Sequence record: MZ634344.1
DNA: 32,000 bases
Strand: one strand, 5' to 3'
Source of the DNA: Klebsiella phage PWKp9S
Part shown: piece after piece, positions 1-7,822 of the stretch
Position numbering within the stretch: position 1 is the first letter of the stretch
How the letters are laid out: each line of letters begins with the position of its first letter
Program-made: the position numbers and the translations under genes
Notes under the pieces: generated by a model
What the model was told of the DNA's origin: nothing
Databases searched by the model: none
The model's input: only the letters and a program-made list of their open reading frames with translations

Positions 1-237
1 GCTGCTGCTGCTGCTGGCCTTCAAACGATGGACGCTACTGCAATCAATGACATTCTGTCTATCGGTGTGCGCCTTGCGGGTGAGTCATTCATAGATGAAG
101 CGCTGGATGATGATAATGATTATCAATATCTTTGCGAGCGTTTAGCTCATTGCTGGGAAGGTATGACCGAAGAAGAAAGAAGCGACTACGGAATTAAGCC
201 GCAACAATTCATTCAATCGTTAGCCATCGCATCATAA
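1..237 (+). CDS. Hypothetical protein, C-terminal part (frame open to the left window edge)
   Basis: Track ORF starts at ATG 28, but codons 1-27 are open in the same frame (AAAAAGLQT), so the gene may begin upstream. Acidic C-terminus and stop TAA at 235-237. Confidence 0.5.
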   Translation, partial: AAAAAGLQTMDATAINDILSIGVRLAGESFIDEALDDDNDYQYLCERLAHCWEGMTEEERSDYGIKPQQFIQSLAIAS

Positions 238-246
238 GAAAGCTAA

Positions 247-276
247 TAGTACCCTAGCGAAATAGTTAGGGTACTA
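247..276. terminator. Hairpin in convergent intergenic region (possible bidirectional terminator)
   Basis: Perfect 10-bp inverted repeat TAGTACCCTA (247-256) / TAGGGTACTA (267-276), 10-nt loop, between a + gene ending at 237 and a minus gene ending at 455. No clear T-run. Confidence 0.35.
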
Positions 277-285
277 ATAGTTAGC

Positions 286-320
286 TAGGGGGGTAATCGG
301 ACTACCATACCACCCCCCTA
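286..320. terminator. Second GC-rich hairpin in the same convergent region
   Basis: Perfect 9-bp inverted repeat TAGGGGGGT (286-294) / ACCCCCCTA (312-320), 17-nt loop. No T-run. Confidence 0.3.
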
Positions 321-350
321 CCCTCTAAGCCCACCTCCATGTGTAACTTT

Positions 351-458
351 ATGAAATTTGAAGAAAAGGCTAAAGGGAATACTTAGGCAAACTTAGGCCA
401 TTAACTATCTGTATGAAATTTGAAGAAAAGGCTAAAGGGAGTACTTAGGTAAACTTAG
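351..458 (+). repeat. Imperfect direct repeat, two 46-bp copies with 62-bp period
   Basis: 351-396 atgaaatttgaagaaaaggctaaagggaatacttaggcaaacttag and 413-458 atgaaatttgaagaaaaggctaaagggagtacttaggtaaacttag; 2 mismatches in 46. Confidence 0.9.
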
Positions 459-916
459 AACGAGCAGCCTGAATCAAAGCTACTACTGCTACTGCCGCTA
501 TCGCAGTAAGAACTTCCCGAGTCATACCCGCTATACGTAGCAACTGCTGCGGTTGTAGCTATAATTGCCGCAGTTGCCCCGTCATCGCTCCGAGAACTTC
601 CCGAGTTCGATGAAGGACTTCCCGAAACTTTCCGAGAATTATCCGAACCTGCCCGCTTCTGCTTGCGTCTCGCTACCTGCGGTGTCACTGGAGGGATGTA
701 GTACGGGTTGCTCGGGTCATTCCGAAGATCGTTCATGACTCGTTGGTGTTTCGAGATCGCTACTTGACGTTCCGCCCGAGTTTGGAGGATCTCTTGATGC
801 AAACTTTTGTTACGAAGATCTGCCGCTACTACCGCGTTCCGTAGGTCATGTGCTCGCACACCAAACCAAACTGCTGCCAGGAAAAAGAATGTTGTGAAAA
901 TTAATACAATAGTCAT
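455..916 (-). CDS. Hypothetical membrane-anchored protein with Ser-rich low-complexity C-terminus
   Basis: 153-aa ORF; N-terminal hydrophobic helix (TIVLIFTTFFFLAAVWF), charged/coiled region, then SSSNSGSSRSDDG...YDSGSSYCDSGSSSSSFDSGCSF tail. Start lies 3 nt beyond the stop of the upstream minus-strand ORF. Confidence 0.7.
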   Translation of the reverse strand: MTIVLIFTTFFFLAAVWFGVRAHDLRNAVVAADLRNKSLHQEILQTRAERQVAISKHQRVMNDLRNDPSNPYYIPPVTPQVARRKQKRAGSDNSRKVSGSPSSNSGSSRSDDGATAAIIATTAAVATYSGYDSGSSYCDSGSSSSSFDSGCSF

Positions 917-919
917 GTT

Positions 920-1144
920 TTACACCATACCCTTAGTAATGTAGATTTTGTTTGCTGATTCTAGTTCCGCTTTGCATTCAGACAGGTTTAACTGTGCCTT
1001 ATGCAGCAAACGGGTTTGGTTGTCATAAGACTTTTGCAACACCCCGTTAGTGCGTTCTAGCTGTTTGATTGCCTTACCTTGCTTTACGGTAATAACGAAT
1101 AATACAATTGAGAGCAAGATAAGTGCTCCTATAACTACTTCCAT
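920..1144 (-). CDS. Hypothetical small membrane protein (N-terminal TM helix plus coiled coil)
   Basis: 74-aa ORF MEVVIGALILLSIVLFVITVKQGKAIKQLERTNG...; ideal Shine-Dalgarno AGGAGG upstream of ATG on the minus strand. Confidence 0.75.
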   Translation of the reverse strand: MEVVIGALILLSIVLFVITVKQGKAIKQLERTNGVLQKSYDNQTRLLHKAQLNLSECKAELESANKIYITKGMV

Positions 1145-1177
1145 AGTGGTCCTCCTAGATGGTTTTAAAAAATCTGG

Positions 1178-1206
1178 TTTACTTGGCGGTTGATTTAATT
1201 TATAAT
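1178..1206 (+). promoter_or_regulatory. Candidate sigma70-type promoter for the receptor-binding protein gene
   Basis: TTTACT (1178-1183), 17-bp spacer, TATAAT (1201-1206). An alternative pair TTGATT (1190-1195)/TATATT (1212-1217) with 16-bp spacer also exists. Confidence 0.45.
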
Positions 1207-1257
1207 AATATTATATTATAAAAGTCACTTGTTAGCAAGTGAGATTTTGAGGTTTTT

Positions 1258-3234
1258 ATGGGCTTTTATGCAGGAAGGATAGGCGACAAAAAAGTGTTGT
1301 CTCTTACCTCTGGCAACAATAAAGACGTTAATAACCACACTAATCCAGGTTGGGATACTATATTCCATAGCGATATGCCTCACGTTGTAGTTTTAGAAAC
1401 TCACGAGAGAGACCTCTGGGATGGTGGTGATTGGTATCGTTGTACTAGAATGCCAGACAGGATTATTCAGGTACTGTCCGCAGACTACGACAGGGTTGTC
1501 TTAACTGAAGTTGAATTTGAGGATGGTACTAGACGTTTCATTTACGGTACTTCTCTAGGCGTTGGCGCTAAAGCGTATAACGCTTACTTTAGTAATACTG
1601 TCGGTTCCCAGGTTTCTGCAGGTACTATGGCTAGTATGAAGACTAACGTTTGTGCTTCTGCAGACTTACACATGGATATTAGTTTCTATTTCGAAGAGAC
1701 GCCAGGTACTATTAACGAGAAGCTACGAGATGGTACTGGGTGTATGTACACCTGGGGCGTTAACTCAGAATGGGGAGACAGAGGGCCTGGGCCGCCGGTT
1801 GGAGCTCCTATACGTCCTAACTTTGAGACTATTATTAAAGCTGGATGGGTGCTCTATAGGGGGGCTTTTAGTGGCAATATAGCCGGTTCTGTGTCTCCGC
1901 CCAATAGACCACTTACTATTGGTGCTGATGCTATGCGCCACCCATGGATGCGTACTACTGGTGTTAACAGTATATGTTTGCGCGGTGAGACCCTCAATCG
2001 TAACATATACGGACACATGGGTCCTAGATACGGTAAGGGGTCTAATCCCGTTGGTGGTCCCTATGCTCATAACATCCAGACTGAGTCTTATCAGGAGGTT
2101 CAGTACAAAGCAGGCTTTTTCCGTGGTCCGCCCAATAATTTTATGGGGTGGGAAAACACAGATAACAACAATGCTGGTAGTGGTTGGGGTAACAATGCCA
2201 TTTACCGTGACAATAACTTCCGTGTTCCTAAACGTGTTCGCTGGTATATTACTAATATGAAATACAATGGGCAGGGGTTCTACGCAGAGAACGTATTTGG
2301 CTCCCGCAACCAGGAGATTAAAATCAGCCCTAGAGAGTTCATTGTAAACGGTATAAACCTAATGAACACTGGGTGGAAGTTCATAAACCAGAACGATATA
2401 AACTACAGCCCAGGTAATAGGCCGGATATCCGAGTTATTGCGACCAATGTTGCTAGATTTAGTGGCAACCCTACTGTTGGTAATAATGGATATGCTCACT
2501 TCAATCAGCCTCTAACTCGACCAGATAATGGTGCGGAATTTGGGCACGGTAACATAAGTGAGATGCATGTAACCACTGTAGGAGTTTACAATTTTAGATC
2601 TGATGCGCAGTGGTATGTAAAATCCAACCCTCCGGAAATTGGAAACCAGTGGGGTCCAGTATGGTCCGAAGCAACTCGACCTCTTCGCCTAGTGGGCGGT
2701 ACCGGCTCTGCTGATATTGGAGGGAACCTACGTACTAGCGGTAATGCTAGTCACCACCTGGCTACCTTGTGGTTAGGGGTTAATAACTCCCGAAATGGGG
2801 CTTGCGTCGTCACTCTAGACTGGAAAAACGATGAGTGGATTGCTGCAGCAGGGATTGGATGTTATAACCCTCTAGAAGATCTTACCCAGTGGAGTGAGGT
2901 AGATAGTAGGCTAAGGATTTTCGGAAATCACTTCCAGAAACGTGTGCATCAAATCATGTGTCTTCCAGTTAACATGTGTGTGCCGTTCCACTTTATACGC
3001 GGGACCGTAACCCAGTGTGGGGTTATTCCTGGGAACAACGCAATGCAAATGAAGGCTATGTGGGCACCTACTACTACCAACTCTGCCACTCAGGGCGATT
3101 ATGCCATTATCTATTGGCTGATAGCTAGGGCTGACGGTAGTGTTGAGGTTTGGGTTAACGTTGAGATGAGCAATATTATGAACATGCGCGTGATTCTTCC
3201 TGAGGTTAGGATTGCTGTGCAAAGGCTTGCCTAA
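1258..3234 (+). CDS. oad: Receptor-binding tail-tip protein, T5 pb5 (Oad)-like
   Basis: 658 aa; starts MGFYAGRIGDKKVLSLTSG...TIFHSDMPHVVVLETH...RVVLTEVEFEDGTRR...GVGAKAY, with SPREFI, SNPPEIG, NSRNGA and VPFHFIRGTV further on, matching my recollection of T5 pb5. SD GAGG upstream of ATG; located next to the terminase genes. Confidence 0.88.
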   Translation: MGFYAGRIGDKKVLSLTSGNNKDVNNHTNPGWDTIFHSDMPHVVVLETHERDLWDGGDWYRCTRMPDRIIQVLSADYDRVVLTEVEFEDGTRRFIYGTSLGVGAKAYNAYFSNTVGSQVSAGTMASMKTNVCASADLHMDISFYFEETPGTINEKLRDGTGCMYTWGVNSEWGDRGPGPPVGAPIRPNFETIIKAGWVLYRGAFSGNIAGSVSPPNRPLTIGADAMRHPWMRTTGVNSICLRGETLNRNIYGHMGPRYGKGSNPVGGPYAHNIQTESYQEVQYKAGFFRGPPNNFMGWENTDNNNAGSGWGNNAIYRDNNFRVPKRVRWYITNMKYNGQGFYAENVFGSRNQEIKISPREFIVNGINLMNTGWKFINQNDINYSPGNRPDIRVIATNVARFSGNPTVGNNGYAHFNQPLTRPDNGAEFGHGNISEMHVTTVGVYNFRSDAQWYVKSNPPEIGNQWGPVWSEATRPLRLVGGTGSADIGGNLRTSGNASHHLATLWLGVNNSRNGACVVTLDWKNDEWIAAAGIGCYNPLEDLTQWSEVDSRLRIFGNHFQKRVHQIMCLPVNMCVPFHFIRGTVTQCGVIPGNNAMQMKAMWAPTTTNSATQGDYAIIYWLIARADGSVEVWVNVEMSNIMNMRVILPEVRIAVQRLA

Positions 3235-3243
3235 GGAGGCAAT

Positions 3244-3717
3244 ATGAGCAATGATTTAATTGTACCAGATGCAATGTCTCCGGAAGGCATGCTAGTTATA
3301 GAAGCGTATCTGGAGTCTGGCAGCGACGTTGCGAAAGCAGCGTTAGCTGTTGGTATGGAGGAACCCAAATTCCGTGATATTATGCGTAAACCTGAGGTCA
3401 AAGCGTACCTTACGGATATCTTCATGGAATCTGGCTTCCGTAACCGTGATAAATTCTTTGGCATTCTAGACACTGTTCTAACTATGAAAATGGAGGAACT
3501 AGATGAAACTGGAATGGGTTCGGAGATGGATATTATGGATATCCTCAAACTCATGCACAAAATGAAGATGGATGAGATGAAGATGCAGATCGAGTATGAG
3601 AAGGTGAAGCAGGCTAAAGCTCCTGTACACCAGACTAATACTCAGATCAACTTGGCAGGTGGTCACGACTCTAATTACACTGATCTTCTGTCACGCATTG
3701 TGGGGGCAGGTAAGTAA
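3244..3717 (+). CDS. Terminase small subunit
   Basis: 157 aa, HTH-like N-terminal region ([37 protein letters not shown]), directly upstream of and overlapping terL (TAATG). SD AAGGAGG. Confidence 0.8.
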   Translation: MSNDLIVPDAMSPEGMLVIEAYLESGSDVAKAALAVGMEEPKFRDIMRKPEVKAYLTDIFMESGFRNRDKFFGILDTVLTMKMEELDETGMGSEMDIMDILKLMHKMKMDEMKMQIEYEKVKQAKAPVHQTNTQINLAGGHDSNYTDLLSRIVGAGK

Positions 3718-5033
3718 TGGAAATCTCACGTAGTTATATTAATACGACTGACGTGGTGGATTTTGGTGTTGATAAACGATTCTTTAAATTCCCGGTGTCC
3801 GGCTTGCTGGCCACCGAGGGGATCGTTCCAAATGGCCCGCAGTGCGCAATCATAAACGCGCTGGAAGACCCACGCCACCGTTTCATTACAGCATGCGTAT
3901 CTCGTCGTGTTGGCAAGTCGTTCATTGCGTATACTCTAGGCTTCCTCAAACTCCTAGAGCCAAACGTTAAGGTGCTCGTAGTAGCTCCGAACTACTCCCT
4001 GGCAAACATCGGTTGGGCGCAGATCAAAGGTCTGATTAAGAAATACGGGCTTCAAACTGAGCGTGAGAACGCCAAAGATAAAGAGATTGAACTTGCTAAC
4101 GGTTCGCTCTTTAAGCTGGCTTCTGCTGCGCAGGCTGACTCCGCAGTTGGTCGTTCATACGACTTTATTATCTTTGACGAAGCAGCGATCTCCGACGTTG
4201 GTGGGGACGCTTTTGATATTCAGCTCCGTCCTACACTAGACAAACCTAACTCTAAAGCTCTGTTTATCTCTACTCCTCGTGGCGGTAACTGGTTCAAGCG
4301 CTTCTATGAACAGGGATTCAGAGAGGATCTTCCGCAATGGGTATCAATCCACGGTACATACCGAGATAACCCCCGCGTATCTCTTGCAGATATCGAAGAA
4401 GCACGTAAGACTGTATCTAAGAACTATTTCAAACAGGAATATGAGGCGGACTTCTCCGTATTCGAAGGTCAGATCTACGATACCTTTAGCGTTTCCGAGC
4501 ATGTACAGGATCTCGCAGGTATGGGTCACTTCTTTGCAGCAGACCACGAGTTCGAGACTATTTTAGGTATCGACGTTGGTTACAGAGACCCGACAGCAGT
4601 ACTGACTATTAAGTACCACTATGATCAGGACATTTACTATATCCTTGAGGAATATCAGCAGGCAGAGAAAACTACAGCACAGCATGCCATGTACATACAA
4701 CACTGTATAGACCGGTATAATGTAGACCGTATCTTTGTTGACTCTGCAGCCGCACAGTTCCGACAGGACTTGGCATACGAGCACGAGATATCTTCTGCCC
4801 CAGCCAAGAAATCTGTTCTAGATGGTCTAGCATGCCTAGCTGCTCTATTCCAGCAGGGTAAGATCATTGTCGACGCCTCGTGTACTGCGTTAATTCACGC
4901 ACTCCAGAACTACAAGTGGGACTTCCAAGAAGGAGAGGAGAAGCTCTCCCGAGAGAAACCTCGTCATGATGCCAACTCTCACTTATGTGATGCACTGCGT
5001 TACGGCATCTACTCGATTTCCCGTGGCAAATAA
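3717..5033 (+). CDS. terL: Terminase large subunit (ATPase and nuclease)
   Basis: 438 aa; Walker A-like CVSRRVGKSF, Walker B FIIFDEAAISD, TPRGGNWF motif, nuclease-type ILGIDVGYRDPTAVL and NSHLCDALRYGIY. Confidence 0.95.
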   Translation: MEISRSYINTTDVVDFGVDKRFFKFPVSGLLATEGIVPNGPQCAIINALEDPRHRFITACVSRRVGKSFIAYTLGFLKLLEPNVKVLVVAPNYSLANIGWAQIKGLIKKYGLQTERENAKDKEIELANGSLFKLASAAQADSAVGRSYDFIIFDEAAISDVGGDAFDIQLRPTLDKPNSKALFISTPRGGNWFKRFYEQGFREDLPQWVSIHGTYRDNPRVSLADIEEARKTVSKNYFKQEYEADFSVFEGQIYDTFSVSEHVQDLAGMGHFFAADHEFETILGIDVGYRDPTAVLTIKYHYDQDIYYILEEYQQAEKTTAQHAMYIQHCIDRYNVDRIFVDSAAAQFRQDLAYEHEISSAPAKKSVLDGLACLAALFQQGKIIVDASCTALIHALQNYKWDFQEGEEKLSREKPRHDANSHLCDALRYGIYSISRGK

Positions 5034-5039
5034 GAGCTG

Positions 5040-5080
5040 AGTTGGAACGGATAGTAGTGAGTACAAATTCCGTTCCAACT
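5040..5080 (+). terminator. Hairpin downstream of terL
   Basis: 12-bp perfect stem AGTTGGAACGGA (5040-5051) / TCCGTTCCAACT (5069-5080), 17-nt loop; weak T tail (TTTA). Could be a processing stem. Confidence 0.4.
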
Positions 5081-5093
5081 TTATAAAATTCAC

Positions 5094-5122
5094 TTTACAA
5101 TTTCGTGTGTGGCAGTTATAAT
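5094..5122 (+). promoter_or_regulatory. Candidate sigma70-type promoter upstream of HNH/portal genes
   Basis: TTTACA (5094-5099), 17-bp spacer, TATAAT (5117-5122). Confidence 0.6.
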
Positions 5123-5224
5123 ATATTCATACCTTGAGAGATCTCATAGACATCAGGGTGAATGAGAGGAATATTTAATTGCTGTACCCGAAGTAGTATT
5201 TTCCCAACTAAGAGGAGAAACACT

Positions 5225-5707
5225 TTGGCTTCCAATGTAAAATATAAGAGAGATGCAATCTCCATAATGCGTGACGGAATCAAAGCCCAGTACAAAAGAG
5301 GCAACTGTTGCGCCATTTGTGACTCACAGGAAAACCTGGAGCTACACCACTACTCGACTGTGGCCTTACTAGTTAAAAACTTTGCTAAAGAATTCCAACT
5401 GGATTTCACTGACTCAGAAGTCGTCCTAAGTAATCGGGATAAGTTCTATAAACATTATTGGCATGAGCTGGTAGAGGACACGGTCACCTTATGTGTCTTT
5501 CATCATCAGACCCTACACAAGGTCTATACGAAAGAACCACCGTTGTTTTCGGCTAACAAACAGAAGATTTGGGTTGAGAAACAACGTGAAAGATGTATGA
5601 ATCCAGAAGCACCTCGTACAAGCAACACTGGCGAAAGATCAGGCTTTGCGAAGTGGCTTCCGACTGACGTCAAGACTGAGAAATCAGGATTCGCAAGGTT
5701 CCTATAA
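5225..5707 (+). CDS. HNH endonuclease
   Basis: CAIC...LELHHY...TLCVFHHQTLHKVY zinc/HNH pattern. The track ORF starts at 5162, but SD AGAGGAG (5211-5217) sits before TTG at 5225, giving MASNVKYKRDAIS... Located between terL and portal. Confidence 0.82.
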   Translation: MASNVKYKRDAISIMRDGIKAQYKRGNCCAICDSQENLELHHYSTVALLVKNFAKEFQLDFTDSEVVLSNRDKFYKHYWHELVEDTVTLCVFHHQTLHKVYTKEPPLFSANKQKIWVEKQRERCMNPEAPRTSNTGERSGFAKWLPTDVKTEKSGFARFL

Positions 5708-6918
5708 TGGCTATTCGTGACTGGTTAGTTACTAAACTAAACCGCGGACAACGCATAATCAGGGACTTGGAGGATGTTAGTCACCGTACTAACGTCAAAC
5801 CATTCACGACTGGCAAAGCCTATTCGTCTATTGAGATCCTTAATAGATCCGCGAACATGGTAATTGACAGCGCCGCTGAGTGCTCCTACACCGTAGGTGA
5901 ACAGTATAAAACAATAACAACCTATGGCACGATCAGGAGTAAAACTCTTGAGACGCTGCTTAATGTTCGCCCTAACCCTTACATGGACTCTAGTACTTTT
6001 AGACGCCTAATAGTGTCTGACCTTTTATTCGAAGGGTGTGCGTATATCCATTGGGACGGTTCGTCTCTGTACCATCTGCCTGCTGCCCTAATGGAAGTGA
6101 AAGCAGATGACAAAAAATTCGTTAACAAATTTGTCTTTAATAATATGATCGACTATCGCGTTGATGAGATTATCTTCATCAAAGATAATGGCCAGAATGG
6201 TGGTATTAACTCCCAGATCACAGGTCAGTCACGCGTAGCTACCGTAATCAACTCGCTTACTAAGCGTGAGAAAATGCTTGAGTTCAAGGAGAAGTTCCTT
6301 GACAACGGCACGGTTATTGGTCTTATCTTAGAGACGGATGAAATCCTAAATAAAAAGCTCCGTGAACGTAAACAAGAAGAGCTTCAGCTGGACTATAATC
6401 CTAGTACCGGCCAATCAACTGTGCTCATTCTAGACGGCGGGATGAAGGCTAAGCCATACTCCCAAATCTCCTCCTTTAAAGATCTCGACTTCGAAAACGA
6501 TATCGCTCGTTTTAATAAAGACGTATGTATCGCTCTTGGTGTCCCTCAGCTACTGATCGATGGAGGTAATAACGCCAATATTCGACCGAACATTGAGCTG
6601 TTCTACTACATGACTATTGTGCCTATGCTCAATAAAGTATGTAGCTCTCTTACGTTCTTCTTCGGTTTTAAAGTAACGCCCAATACTAAAGACGTAGTAG
6701 CACTAACTCCTGACAAGGAGAAAGAGGCTAAATTCGTAACTGCACTGGTCAACAACGGTATCCTTACCGGTAACGAAGGTCGTATAGAGCTTGGTTACGA
6801 GGAGCTGGCTGACGAGCAGATGAAGAAAATTCGCATCCCTGCCAACGTAGCTGGATCAGCTACCGGAGTAAGTGGACAAGAAGGTGGCGCTCCCAATAAA
6901 GACGAGGAAAAACAATGA
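5707..6918 (+). CDS. Portal protein (T5 pb7-like)
   Basis: 403 aa, HK97-type portal features (LLFEGCAYIHWDG, NKDVCIALGVPQLLIDGG, MTIVPMLNKV); position between terminase and prohead protease. Confidence 0.9.
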   Translation: MAIRDWLVTKLNRGQRIIRDLEDVSHRTNVKPFTTGKAYSSIEILNRSANMVIDSAAECSYTVGEQYKTITTYGTIRSKTLETLLNVRPNPYMDSSTFRRLIVSDLLFEGCAYIHWDGSSLYHLPAALMEVKADDKKFVNKFVFNNMIDYRVDEIIFIKDNGQNGGINSQITGQSRVATVINSLTKREKMLEFKEKFLDNGTVIGLILETDEILNKKLRERKQEELQLDYNPSTGQSTVLILDGGMKAKPYSQISSFKDLDFENDIARFNKDVCIALGVPQLLIDGGNNANIRPNIELFYYMTIVPMLNKVCSSLTFFFGFKVTPNTKDVVALTPDKEKEAKFVTALVNNGILTGNEGRIELGYEELADEQMKKIRIPANVAGSATGVSGQEGGAPNKDEEKQ

Positions 6919-7376
6919 TTGACTATAAAGCATTAAAAGCACTATTCCCTAATGGTCTCCCCGAGGCACATAACGTGTTTGCAACCGTTAAGGCACATCT
7001 CACTTACCAGATTCTGCGTAAGGAGTATGGGTACGCTGCTACTAACAGTAAAACCTGGGATCAGTTTAAGGAAGCCTACGCGGAAGCAACTAAGCCAGTA
7101 CCGGTAGCTTCTGTTAGTATCACGGGCGCTCCTGCATCCTTAGACTATACTAAGACTGTACAGCTTGCCGCAACTGTACTACCAACAAACGCAGATAATA
7201 AAACTGTAACGTGGAAGACTAGTGATGCTACCCTAGCTACTGTGAGCTCAACAGGATTAGTAACAGCCATGTCTAAGGCAGGCACTGTTAAAATTACTGC
7301 CACTGCAGGTGGTAAATCTAGTGAAGTGTCTATTCAGGTCAAGGCTCCTGTTGTAGCAGTTACCGGTGTCACCTAA
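6915..7376 (+). CDS. Capsid decoration protein (pb10-like) with Ig-like (Big2) domain
   Basis: 153 aa; N-terminal MIDYKALKALFPNGLPEAHNVFATVKAH... then Big2-type PVASVSITGAPASLDYTKTVQLAATVLPTNADNKTVTWKTSDATLATVSSTGLVTA..., ending VVAVTGVT at TAA. Confidence 0.8.
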   Translation: MIDYKALKALFPNGLPEAHNVFATVKAHLTYQILRKEYGYAATNSKTWDQFKEAYAEATKPVPVASVSITGAPASLDYTKTVQLAATVLPTNADNKTVTWKTSDATLATVSSTGLVTAMSKAGTVKITATAGGKSSEVSIQVKAPVVAVTGVT

Positions 7377-7626
7377 GACTATTACAATCGAAGCAGGTAA
7401 GACCGGCAAACTTACTGGTACCGTAGCCCCGGCTAACGCAACCAATAAGTCTGTAACTTACACTTCTGCTGATACCACCAAAGCTACCGTAGCTGCGGAC
7501 GGTACGGTAACTGTTCCTGCTAACCTGGCTGCGGATAGTACCGTAGTTATTACTGTTAAAACAGCTGACGGCAATAAGACCGACACTGCAATAGTAACAG
7601 TTAAGGTTCCTACAGCGGGTGTGTAA
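7366..7626 (+). CDS. Second Ig-like (Big2) domain in +1 frame; probable frameshift extension of the decoration protein
   Basis: SPKTITIEAGKTGKLTGTVAPANATNKSVTYTSADTTKATVAADGTVTVPA... is a clear Big2 domain. No SD before the nominal GTG at 7366; overlaps the end of the upstream ORF. Confidence 0.75.
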   Translation: MSPKTITIEAGKTGKLTGTVAPANATNKSVTYTSADTTKATVAADGTVTVPANLAADSTVVITVKTADGNKTDTAIVTVKVPTAGV

Positions 7627-7637
7627 TATCTGTTAAC

Positions 7638-7662
7638 TGGGGAGCTTCGGCTCCCCATTTTT
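7638..7662 (+). terminator. Rho-independent terminator after decoration protein
   Basis: TGGGGAGC-TTCG-GCTCCCCA stem with UUCG tetraloop followed by TTTTT. Confidence 0.88.
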
Positions 7663-7747
7663 CTATGCTAGTGCATAACTATTTTCAGTGTAACCAATTT
7701 CGACTACCTACTAATTCCACACACCGTGTGGGATTTTCAAATATCTT

Positions 7748-7776
7748 TTGACATTCGCGATTTGGTATGTAATAAT
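7748..7776 (+). promoter_or_regulatory. Candidate strong promoter for prohead protease/major capsid genes
   Basis: TTGACA (7748-7753), 17-bp spacer, AATAAT (7771-7776); follows a terminator. Confidence 0.7.
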
Positions 7777-7822
7777 AGTATCTGAAAACTGAGGAACAAC
7801 ACGAAAGTGTTTGGAGCAAACG

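Noticed and set aside
1-15. (GCT)5 run at the left edge considered as a microsatellite
   Set aside because: It is in frame as poly-Ala of the edge ORF and is too short to call.
1652-3222. Short ORFs at 1652-1882, 1765-2070 (-), 1919-2260 and 2911-3222 (-)
   Set aside because: They lie within the pb5-like gene with no SD or recognisable domain.
5116-5316. Minus-strand 66-aa ORF near the HNH gene
   Set aside because: It overlaps the promoter and the 5' part of the HNH gene with no supporting signals.
7366-7626. Interpretation of the 86-aa Ig ORF as an independently translated gene
   Set aside because: The nominal GTG at 7366 lacks an SD, and the overlap continues the inter-domain linker. A frameshift extension, or a sequencing indel, is more likely.
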